Positions 27,194-35,738 of a stretch of DNA of 64,000 nt are shown here, piece by piece (the first letter of the stretch is position 1; each line of letters starts with the position of its first letter). The stretch spans positions 32,001-96,000 of IMG/VR virus record IMGVR_UViG_3300037851_000671. One strand, 5' to 3'. The notes beneath the pieces are model-generated. The model had not been told where the DNA came from, searched no databases, and saw only the letters and a program-made list of their open reading frames with translations. Source of the stretch: a virus (lineage: Duplodnaviria > Caudoviricetes). The position numbers were made by a program, and so were the translations under genes.

Positions 27194-27466
27194 ATGCAAG
27201 TAGAAAAATACATCGGTGAAGTTATATGGTTTGAACCCCGTCGTGGATTTGGATTCATTTCAAGGGCAGGCGAACCGGATCTTTTCGTTCATTGGTCAGA
27301 TATAAAGGTTGAAGGTTTCAAGACGCTAAAGAAAGGTCAGAAAGTGGCTTATTCAATTGGTCTCAACAAGCGCAAGGAACCAAAAGCAACTGAGGTTGTT
27401 ATTGTAGACGATGTAGAATTCTCATTGGAGAAAGATGTCGCAGCTACCAACACTGATCCCGCATAA
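27194..27466 (+). CDS. csp: Cold-shock domain protein (CspA family)
   Basis: GEVIWF...RGFGFI (RNP1), DLFVHWSDI (RNP2), GFKTLKKGQKV.Y...A.EV; SD gagga. Confidence 0.92.
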   Translation: MQVEKYIGEVIWFEPRRGFGFISRAGEPDLFVHWSDIKVEGFKTLKKGQKVAYSIGLNKRKEPKATEVVIVDDVEFSLEKDVAATNTDPA

Positions 27467-27914
27467 GAAAACCGAAGCACAGTTATGGATCACCAACATA
27501 TCTCGTCAAAAAGATATTCAGCTTGGTGATCTTAGGCTGACGGTAAGACGCGGTAAAAGTTACAATCTTCTTGATAAAAAACACTTCCACTACACGGAAG
27601 AGCAAATCAGAGCCAGCATTGCTAGTGGTTCTATTTTCAAGAAAAGAGATGTAATAAGAGTGCGTGAAGTTGCGCCTGTTGTTTACAATATGCGAGTTGA
27701 CATATACAACGGACCAAGAGATGGTATTCGTCCAGTAAGACAGCAACCACCTCCAGAGCACAAGCAATTTGCCGAGCTTGATTTTGATGAGGTATCTGAT
27801 GATAGTCCTCAAGCCCAAGAACAGTATGCAGCAGAAACGGCAGAGCTTGATTTGATGGATAAGATGCCTGCTTTGCCTGTGGATCCAAAGTACCGTAAAA
27901 TGGATAGTGAATAA
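27435..27914 (+). CDS. Hypothetical protein, N-domain paralogous to 12581..13198
   Basis: ITNIS...YNLL...YTEEQIRASIASGSIFKK; acidic C-terminus. Confidence 0.55.
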   Translation: MSQLPTLIPHKKTEAQLWITNISRQKDIQLGDLRLTVRRGKSYNLLDKKHFHYTEEQIRASIASGSIFKKRDVIRVREVAPVVYNMRVDIYNGPRDGIRPVRQQPPPEHKQFAELDFDEVSDDSPQAQEQYAAETAELDLMDKMPALPVDPKYRKMDSE

Positions 27915-27928
27915 CCCAGCATAGGTTC

Positions 27929-28264
27929 ATGGGAGCAGCAACATACATTTTCGCAAATCCAGGTCAAATAGTGCGTCTTATAGAACAGACGCTTGATGGG
28001 TATGGTGACCGCACTGATGGATATGTTCCTGTAGTCCAAAGTGTTGTGTTCCCTGACCTGACAAACGCTGCCGGATACCCTCGTCAGATGAGTCGAATTG
28101 ATGTTGGCTTGTATGCTCATGGAATACAACTTCCAACAGGGGTTGATTCTTTGGGTACATACGTTATCAGCGTCTACTATCAGGAATCCGGCCTATCAAA
28201 ATGGGATGCGTTTGCCATCAATGTTGCAAGGCCATTTGGCAATACGATAGTTACTCCGGCATAA
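27929..28264 (+). CDS. Small Ig-like protein resembling the N-domain of the next gene
   Basis: Beta-strand pattern ...GLY.....LP.G...LGTY vs ...GEYEYDY.VG..PPLGTW in 28281..29177. Confidence 0.45.
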   Translation: MGAATYIFANPGQIVRLIEQTLDGYGDRTDGYVPVVQSVVFPDLTNAAGYPRQMSRIDVGLYAHGIQLPTGVDSLGTYVISVYYQESGLSKWDAFAINVARPFGNTIVTPA

Positions 28265-28280
28265 TTAGGAGGGATGAACA

Positions 28281-29177
28281 ATGGCAACACTTCCAAGATC
28301 TTCTATAATCCAGCCATCTGACACTGTGGCTTTGTGTGCCAAATTTGCCGGACCCGATGGCCAGCCAACAGACCTTGATGCGTTTCCAAATGTCACGATA
28401 GTTCAACCAAGTGGTAATTCCATTGGTCCAATAACTAGCGGAATAAAACACATAGCCACTGGAGAATATGAGTATGACTATTCTGTTGGTCTTTTCCCTC
28501 CGCTTGGAACCTGGCGCGATGTTTGGCGTGGGATTATGGCTGGATTTGAGGTTATCGGAGAGTTTACATTCACCGTTTACACAACCCAGACTCCAGGTCT
28601 AAACACAGATGGATACGAACATCTTGGCGATGATCCTGGTTTCAACTACTCTCAAGTTGCTATTCATAACATCAACGTTCTAATGAAATCTGTCAGGGCA
28701 AGACTAAAGAGCCGTGGCAAAAAACTAGACAAGGATGAATACGGAAATGAGATATACAAAGATTGCGATATCTTTTCTGTTGATGAGTTAGTGACGTTCA
28801 TTGCCCGTTCTCTTTCGGCATTCAATGAGATACCGCACTTTACAATGTTCACATTCGAAGACACACCTATTTTGGAGCAGTTCCACGATGTCTTGGTGCA
28901 GGGCGCGGTGATTTTTGCAATGGGCGCTCAGGCGTTGATTGAGCGTGGTAGAGAATTCCAGATACAAGATAACGGAGTTGGATTTACACCACCAACCATT
29001 TCTGAGCTTCTAAACTCACAAATGGGTACTGAACTTACCAACTGGACAGAGCGCGTAAAGCAAATCAAGGGAAATATGCGCCCTAGTCCAATAGCTCTTG
29101 GAACGCTTTCATTTACATCCGGAGCAAGCCCGCAATTCCGCAGACTTAGGCATCTCCGTCAGCGTAAAATCTATTAA
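28281..29177 (+). CDS. Probable head-tail adaptor (neck protein 1) with N-terminal Ig-like domain
   Basis: Helical C-domain DIFSVDEL..F...SLSAFN...QAL.E.GREF.I.D.G...PP; position at the start of the neck genes; SD ggaggg. Confidence 0.55.
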   Translation: MATLPRSSIIQPSDTVALCAKFAGPDGQPTDLDAFPNVTIVQPSGNSIGPITSGIKHIATGEYEYDYSVGLFPPLGTWRDVWRGIMAGFEVIGEFTFTVYTTQTPGLNTDGYEHLGDDPGFNYSQVAIHNINVLMKSVRARLKSRGKKLDKDEYGNEIYKDCDIFSVDELVTFIARSLSAFNEIPHFTMFTFEDTPILEQFHDVLVQGAVIFAMGAQALIERGREFQIQDNGVGFTPPTISELLNSQMGTELTNWTERVKQIKGNMRPSPIALGTLSFTSGASPQFRRLRHLRQRKIY

Positions 29178-29242
29178 GCGTTTTTTTTCATCATCCTCGC
29201 TAGGTGCGTATATACATCATCGCATATCGTGGCTTTTTAACA

Positions 29243-30253
29243 ATGAGACGCAAAGCTTACGAAGACGTGAATCGAAAGTTCTACGCCAAGCCTGTGGGAG
29301 TTGATCAGACACCAGGACTTTGCGGACCAGCTGTTCTTAAAAGTGTTCTTCACTACTATGGAATACACGAGGATCTTGAGGATATTACCAAGAAAATCAA
29401 GGCTACTCCAGAGAAGGGAATAGAAGCACCTGAGCTTGTTAGGGCCGCGAAACAGTATGGCCTCAAAGCCTTCATAGATGATGATTCTTCATTCAAGGAC
29501 ATCAAGAAGTTTTTGGATCAAGGTTGTCAGGTTATTGTGGAATGGTTCAAGGCTGATGACTCTCATTATTCTGTGGTTGAAGAAGTTACAGACGATGAAA
29601 TAGCTATTATGGACCCTGAGCTTGGCGAGGTTAAATACATAACTCATGAAGAGTTTGAGCCAATGTGGTTCACTTTCCCGCACAATGACGATCACAAGAA
29701 ACCGGCAGATAAGCGCATCATTGTAATGTGGAAAGAAGACAAGCTTGGCGAAAAGAGAATGCCAACATATAAGAAACATCAGGGCCCGCCAAAGGACAGG
29801 GCCCTAAATGAAATCTTGGAAAAGAAAGTTGGTCATGTTTTTGGATATGATATTTATCTTGTTGATGGTGAGGCTACAAGAAACTCATTGGACATTGACT
29901 TTGTGATGGGGGGAAACCCAGGAAGATACAAGTATGTTCCAAACAACCAGATTTGGATTGAGTCACATTACGGTGATGAAGAGTTGATTCCGATTGTTGT
30001 ACATGAGATTGTAGAGTGTGAGTACATGATACGTGATGGGGACACGTATGACAAAGCGCACGACAAGGCCACCAAAAACGAAGAAGATTTGCGTAAGCAT
30101 GACAAAAAGATCGAGAATTTGGAAGAGGCAGAGGAGTACATCACAGGAATCTTCGGAAAAAAGAGTGACAGGGCTTTAGCAGGGCTATTGCCTATGGGTG
30201 CTTTGAGCCGGTTTGCTTCTTGGTATGCGCAGGCTGTTACGAAGCGGATATAA
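29243..30253 (+). CDS. C39-like cysteine peptidase fused to a HExxE-containing domain
   Basis: Q.PGLCGPAVL (Cys), SHYSVV (His), IMDP (Asp); C-terminal VVHEIVECEYM...AHDKA. Start taken at ATG 29243. Confidence 0.7.
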   Translation: MRRKAYEDVNRKFYAKPVGVDQTPGLCGPAVLKSVLHYYGIHEDLEDITKKIKATPEKGIEAPELVRAAKQYGLKAFIDDDSSFKDIKKFLDQGCQVIVEWFKADDSHYSVVEEVTDDEIAIMDPELGEVKYITHEEFEPMWFTFPHNDDHKKPADKRIIVMWKEDKLGEKRMPTYKKHQGPPKDRALNEILEKKVGHVFGYDIYLVDGEATRNSLDIDFVMGGNPGRYKYVPNNQIWIESHYGDEELIPIVVHEIVECEYMIRDGDTYDKAHDKATKNEEDLRKHDKKIENLEEAEEYITGIFGKKSDRALAGLLPMGALSRFASWYAQAVTKRI

Positions 30254-30261
30254 GTAGAAGC

Positions 30262-30648
30262 ATGGAACATTTGATTGAAATGGTTAAATTCAGGTTGTCT
30301 TCTACTGGCCAGGTGAAAAACGCTGATGGCACACTTGTTGAAACGAACATTTTCAGCGAAGATCAGATAAGAAAAGCATTGGAACTATCATTGTCAGCGT
30401 TCAATAGTTACAAAGAGCCAACGAACTACAGTTTTGAGGAAGTTGTTGAGAGAAACTACTCAGATATCATTACGTTGCATGCTTGTATAACGCTGCTTGA
30501 GGCTCAGGCATTGATGGAAAAGGGCCGTGAGTACGTTATCACCGATGGAGATTGCACATCTTTTCAGCCGGCTATTCTGTCTGATTTCTTGATACACTTG
30601 GCACAAACGATGTGGCATCGTTGGTGTGACCTGATGACAAGAATATAA
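30262..30648 (+). CDS. Short paralogue of the adaptor C-domain
   Basis: NIFSEDQI..ALELSLSAFN...AQALMEKGREYVITDG vs DIFSVDEL..FIARSLSAFN...AQALIERGREFQIQDN. Confidence 0.7.
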   Translation: MEHLIEMVKFRLSSTGQVKNADGTLVETNIFSEDQIRKALELSLSAFNSYKEPTNYSFEEVVERNYSDIITLHACITLLEAQALMEKGREYVITDGDCTSFQPAILSDFLIHLAQTMWHRWCDLMTRI

Positions 30649-30649
30649 A

Positions 30650-32653
30650 TTGGACTTTGGAACCTGCGCATATTGTGGGTTCTTAAAGATGAAGAAGCGA
30701 TCTACCCCAATTGCGGATTTTTCCCAAATTCTGAAGGAAGCTGGACCTGTGCCCGTTCCGCCAGGCGCTGTTGCTCGTCCATTGGCTCCTCCGCCACGTG
30801 CTCCGATAGCTGCCCCAAGAGCGCCGCTGCGTGCTCCTGTGCCTATGCCAGAGGCTCCTACGGGTATTCGTCCACCGCCTTCTCCACATCCGCTTCCATC
30901 ATTTAACGTTGAACCTGCAAAGGCTCCTGCGGCATCTGTTGCAACAGAACCAACGGCCCCAAAACCAGGTCTTCGTCAAAGGATAACTGATTTTTTCAAG
31001 TCAAAATTAAACAGAGAGCCAACACCAGAAGAAGTGACGGCAGCCGAAGACAAAGTAAAAGCAAAAACAGAAGCCGACTCAATGAGGGCGGCTGAAAGGG
31101 CCAAAGCGCAGGCAGAAACCGCCGCAAAAACTCAAGAACAGACGGCAAAACTAGACAAAGCAGCCGAAGATATTGCTGACAAAATAGACCCGCGTTCAAG
31201 GGGAGATATCTGGAAACAAATTGAAAAACTTATACCAGAAGAAATGCTGAAGGCAGAAAAGGATGGTGGTTTAAGTTATGAAGAATTGACAAGGTTGAAG
31301 ATCAAGGTCAAAGAGGCTGTATATGCAAATAGAGCCAAAGCTCGTTCTAACGCGTTCAAACAAAAAGTTTCAACGCTTGGTTCTAGGTTTGTAAATGCAT
31401 TGCAAGGTGGAAGTACACAGGTCAACGCAGCTATGGCCATTGGTTCTGTAGTTACTATTGCATACTATATGTTTTGTGGTCGTGCTCCAGCGGCTAAGTC
31501 AGAAGATGCAGCAAAGGTCACGGGGTTGATATCGCAAGTCAATGTTGAAGCTCCGAGAATGGATACCTTGCTTACTTCCATAGATGTTGCAGAAAAAACC
31601 ATTGCATCATCTGGTGCAACAATACCAGAAGTAGGACAGGCAACTGCCGCACTGACCAGCTTGAAGCAATCAGCTACGTCAGTTAAAAATTCATCAGTAA
31701 ATCTTGATGACTTGAATACTGTACAAAATTTCGTAAATCAATTGACGGCATTAGCAACCCAATGTGATACTTTCATAAGGGTGGCCGCTACACTATCACA
31801 AAGCGGAAAGTCTCCAGAGATTGATCGTGCTCTGGATGCTACAAGTGATACTGCTGCTGAGATTATGGTTGAGATTAAAGCTACAAAAGAAGAGCTAGGA
31901 AAAGCAAAAACAAAAGCGTCAGCGGGTGGGGCAGGTGCTAAACTTGCATCAAAAATTGAATCAATATGCAAGGCCACAGACATTTATTGTGGTAAAATTG
32001 CATATGCTGAGTTGTTTAGTACAATAATGTTTGCAATAGGTATATATGGCGTTGCGGCAATGACAAGTGCATTCATCAATTCACTTACCCACATGCAAAC
32101 AGATATTAACGGTTTGAAATCCAAGCTTGAAGAAATGATTGGTTTGGTTGAGAAGCAGAGAGCAGATGGTTTTGGCCAGTTTGAATCTATTTTCAATGAC
32201 TGGGAAAAAAGCGCAAAGACAACGGTTAGGTTGATTGATGGCGTGTTGCAAACTCCAAAAGACAAGATGGACAAAAGCCAGATTGAAAATGCAACTAAAT
32301 TTTTGGAAGCGGCCCAGCAAACACTATACTCTAGCGGAGCTGTGCTTGGTGCTCTAAAACAAATGCAAGGTTTATTCAGTGGTGTTGGAGAATTGATTCA
32401 TGGCATCAGTTTGAACTTTGGGTTTGATCTGACACGTTGGGAGGCTTTCAATGCCGCCACAGGACAGGTATCAGGTTCTTTGTCTTTGGTTATAAAGCAG
32501 GTTGAAACGGCTCTAAAGAACGCTTCTGAGGTTGGCAAAAAAGCACATATGGAAGCGGCTGAAAAAGGACCAACACAAGAACAATTAGCTTACAAACAAC
32601 CAAAACCAATAACAGGAACGTTCGCAGATCTTGCACTACTAAACGTTGGGTAA
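30650..32653 (+). CDS. Ala-rich helical protein with Pro-rich N-terminus and hydrophobic segments; possible internal/ejected virion protein
   Basis: 667 aa (ATG 30689 likely start); hydrophobic stretches AAMAIGSVVTIAYYMF and LFSTIMFAIGIYGVAAM. Confidence 0.45.
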   Translation: MDFGTCAYCGFLKMKKRSTPIADFSQILKEAGPVPVPPGAVARPLAPPPRAPIAAPRAPLRAPVPMPEAPTGIRPPPSPHPLPSFNVEPAKAPAASVATEPTAPKPGLRQRITDFFKSKLNREPTPEEVTAAEDKVKAKTEADSMRAAERAKAQAETAAKTQEQTAKLDKAAEDIADKIDPRSRGDIWKQIEKLIPEEMLKAEKDGGLSYEELTRLKIKVKEAVYANRAKARSNAFKQKVSTLGSRFVNALQGGSTQVNAAMAIGSVVTIAYYMFCGRAPAAKSEDAAKVTGLISQVNVEAPRMDTLLTSIDVAEKTIASSGATIPEVGQATAALTSLKQSATSVKNSSVNLDDLNTVQNFVNQLTALATQCDTFIRVAATLSQSGKSPEIDRALDATSDTAAEIMVEIKATKEELGKAKTKASAGGAGAKLASKIESICKATDIYCGKIAYAELFSTIMFAIGIYGVAAMTSAFINSLTHMQTDINGLKSKLEEMIGLVEKQRADGFGQFESIFNDWEKSAKTTVRLIDGVLQTPKDKMDKSQIENATKFLEAAQQTLYSSGAVLGALKQMQGLFSGVGELIHGISLNFGFDLTRWEAFNAATGQVSGSLSLVIKQVETALKNASEVGKKAHMEAAEKGPTQEQLAYKQPKPITGTFADLALLNVG

Positions 32654-32656
32654 TCC

Positions 32657-33190
32657 ATGAAAGAGGTACATACCAAAGGTATCCCACATAGAAAGCTTAG
32701 GCCCATCATTCAGGATTTCAAAGACAAAATCCGAAACAATGATGTGGTCAAAGACATGTTCAAAGAGCATGGCGTAAGCATGGATGAACTTGATCTTGTG
32801 CCGATGTGTTTTGCTCATATACCTGTCACGGCTCGTACAGATCATGGCGTCATCTATCTAAACGTTGACATGTTAAAAGATGGAAATATAGAAGACAAGG
32901 ATGACCATTTCATTGTCCATGAGATGACCCATTACCTTCAACAAACAAATGGCACCAAGCCCACGCCAGGGTCAACAGATGATACCTATCTTGATAACCC
33001 TGCCGAACAAGAAAGCTTCCAGAACCAAACCAAGTACATCTCAGAAACAGACGGCCCAGAAGAGGCCAAAGAGTACGTTGATGATTTGTTGGAACACTTC
33101 GAGGTTCCTAAAAAAGACCGCAAGAAAAGAGAGAAACAACTGCTGGATTTGGCTAGATCTGTCGGTGTTGTTATGCAAAGACATGGATAA
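32657..33190 (+). CDS. Zincin-like metallopeptidase domain protein
   Basis: IVHEMTHYLQ (HExxH) with a downstream Glu in NPAEQES. Confidence 0.65.
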   Translation: MKEVHTKGIPHRKLRPIIQDFKDKIRNNDVVKDMFKEHGVSMDELDLVPMCFAHIPVTARTDHGVIYLNVDMLKDGNIEDKDDHFIVHEMTHYLQQTNGTKPTPGSTDDTYLDNPAEQESFQNQTKYISETDGPEEAKEYVDDLLEHFEVPKKDRKKREKQLLDLARSVGVVMQRHG

Positions 33191-33205
33191 TCTTGCATAC
33201 AAACG

Positions 33206-34810
33206 ATGAGCTGCATTCCTGTTGTCTTCCGTAGTTTTGACTATGCATTGAGCGGTTTGAAAGCCGTTTCTCCGCGTGGTGATGGCTATACTATTGACGT
33301 TGAGTGGTACAAGTCATACGTTACTCCTCAAAATTACGAGGTTTACTACAACATCTATTACGCCACAAACAACACGGATACTTTTTCAGAGGGTATCAAG
33401 TTCATATCAAACTCCCCAAGCCTTAGCATAACCCTACGTGATGGTTTCAAGCCAGGGGACGTATACTACTTTGCTGTCAGGGCCACAGCATTTCCTCCTG
33501 GCACTTTCAACTTTGCCCTCTTGCCAGTAGCCGGGGATAACCTTGCCATCCTGCCAGAAACAGCGTTGTCGCAAAACATCTCTAGCACTGACCTACAGAT
33601 ACCAGTTATAGATGCTACAGGTTTTCCAGGGGCTGGAACTGTACAAATTGGCACTGAGATCATCGGATACTCTGCCGTTGACCTTGTGGACAACACTCTG
33701 ATACTAGCTAACCCTGGTCAAAGAGGGCTTTATGGTACACAAGCCAGGTCACATACCACAGACGGGTATGATGGATACAACTATACCGATGGTTTCGTGA
33801 GGTTTTTCTCTGGATTTGAGGATAAAAATTCTGTCATCGGTCTTGGTATAAACAAATTCTCGATGCAATACCCTCGCACCAACGCTGATGGGTACAAGGA
33901 TAGGGTTGATGTTGTGACTTCAGCCAAGAATCTAGCTGCCAATGAGACTGAGTACACAGATTTTCCGATGTTTGATTACGCCGGATACCGCAGAACGAGT
34001 CCAAAAGACCTGTTGTCAGGAAAATGCCTCGGCACTTATTTCGGAGGAGAACTTGGATGCGCCGATGGATACGATTCTCTTGGCGGTTTGCGTGGAGTTT
34101 CTGTCCAAGATCAGATGTTGCAACGTCAAGAGATGCTTTTGGAAACTGATGGCGATGATTGCATCCTGTTCAAGCGCATGTGGGAAGGAAAAGTATCCAA
34201 ACATTACGATTCAACCAAAGAGAACACTGCCTACAGAGGTTTGGACAACCATGGAACATCATTGGTTGGAGGATACTCTCAGTATTTCTATCCAAGGAAC
34301 TCAAGTGGGCGTATCAAGGTTCGTTTTTCACCAATCAAAGAGAATTTTGAACGCCAAGAAGCTGGTTTGGAAAATGTTTTCACAGGATCTTGTTGGACAT
34401 TGGTAGTTCCAGTCCTTCAGGATGGAGATTTCATCATTCGTTTCAACAAAGACGGAACGGAAGAGTGGAGATATGAGATTTTGGACGTAGAGCGCAACAA
34501 AACTCTACTCATGGATAGCGGTTTACAGAAATTCACCGTAGCTCGTGTCAGGAAAACAGACCCAATATGCCAGGTGAGGGTAATTCGTGACACCAGCATG
34601 TTCCCTAAGGAGCTTTTGACTGGAATTGGTATGGTTGCCGGCCCCGGTGGCATTCCAGCTCACATGCACAGGATTGTTGTATCACAAGATAAAATAGTGA
34701 GCGTTTCTCAAATTAATCAAACAACATCAATCGCCCAAGGTCATACGCATGACGTAGTTGGGGGTGAAATATTAGAATCTCTTGGGCACACTCATAAAAT
34801 TACTTTGTAA
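33206..34810 (+). CDS. Probable neck protein 2 (head closure) with N-terminal FN3-like domain
   Basis: N-terminal VEWYKS...YNIYY...YYFAVRA (FN3-like); C-terminal beta domain ...WTLVVPVLQDGDFIIRF...RYEI; HxH-rich tail; 5 DGY. Confidence 0.55.
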   Translation: MSCIPVVFRSFDYALSGLKAVSPRGDGYTIDVEWYKSYVTPQNYEVYYNIYYATNNTDTFSEGIKFISNSPSLSITLRDGFKPGDVYYFAVRATAFPPGTFNFALLPVAGDNLAILPETALSQNISSTDLQIPVIDATGFPGAGTVQIGTEIIGYSAVDLVDNTLILANPGQRGLYGTQARSHTTDGYDGYNYTDGFVRFFSGFEDKNSVIGLGINKFSMQYPRTNADGYKDRVDVVTSAKNLAANETEYTDFPMFDYAGYRRTSPKDLLSGKCLGTYFGGELGCADGYDSLGGLRGVSVQDQMLQRQEMLLETDGDDCILFKRMWEGKVSKHYDSTKENTAYRGLDNHGTSLVGGYSQYFYPRNSSGRIKVRFSPIKENFERQEAGLENVFTGSCWTLVVPVLQDGDFIIRFNKDGTEEWRYEILDVERNKTLLMDSGLQKFTVARVRKTDPICQVRVIRDTSMFPKELLTGIGMVAGPGGIPAHMHRIVVSQDKIVSVSQINQTTSIAQGHTHDVVGGEILESLGHTHKITL

Positions 34811-34856
34811 TGACACATGTACAGTGTCAAGTATGGTAATAATGATGTATTGCCTT

Positions 34857-35711
34857 ATGAAACGCATTGAGAGTTTATTGAACATTGACGCACAACAGCT
34901 TACAGAAGACTATAAAAATCTTGGTTCTTTGAGAGAGATTGCCAAAAAATACAAAACTAGTCACAACGCTGTTGCTGGTATGTTTACGCGATTTGGAATT
35001 GTCTATCGTTCTAGAAACTGGAAAAGAACAGATGTGAATGATTGTTTTTTTGATATGGATATGTTAGATGAGAGGTCCGCCTATTGGGCAGGTTTTATAG
35101 CAGCCGATGGTTGTGTTTACAAGAAAACTCTCAGAATATCGCTATCTGAAGAAGATTTGAGTCATCTAATCAAATTCAAAGATAATATTCAATATGCCGG
35201 TAACATATTAAAAAGCGTGAATAAACTGAGTCGTCACAATAAAAAATGGAAAAACGTTAATATGGTAACCATTAGTATAACATCAGCGCAAATAGTAGAA
35301 GCGCTTCTGTGTCTTGGTATAACAGAACGCAAAACCAAAACACTTGAATTTCCGAACTTGCCAGATCATTTAATTAAACACTTTTGCAGAGGATATTTTG
35401 ATGGTGATGGCAGCTGGTCATTTTGGAAACCGCGAACCAGACCAAATCATTCAAAACAGCTTATGTTTTGCTTGAGAGGAACCGAAAAATTCTTGAATGT
35501 GTTTAACGAAAATCTTGTTAGAGGGTGTGGTTTGGACCAAAACAAACTTAGAAAAAAAACAGACGGCGATGGAAAAACACACGTTCTAGCATACACAGGC
35601 AATATAATTTGTGAGAGAATAGCCAAATGGATGTACGATGGCTCTTCTACATATTTAGTAAGAAAATTTGAAAAAGCTCTTGGACATACTCACATCGGTC
35701 TTCTTATTTGA
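34857..35711 (+). mobile_element. Free-standing LAGLIDADG homing endonuclease gene
   Basis: AYWAGFIAADGCV and HFCRGYFDGDGS; both flanking genes intact; start taken at ATG 34857. Confidence 0.85.
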
Positions 35712-35738
35712 TCTAACCTAATATTTGGACATAAGGCT

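Noticed and set aside
34782-35738. Second intron or intein around the LAGLIDADG gene
   Set aside because: Both neighbours have their own stop and start; no P3/P7 core or intein terminal residues seen.
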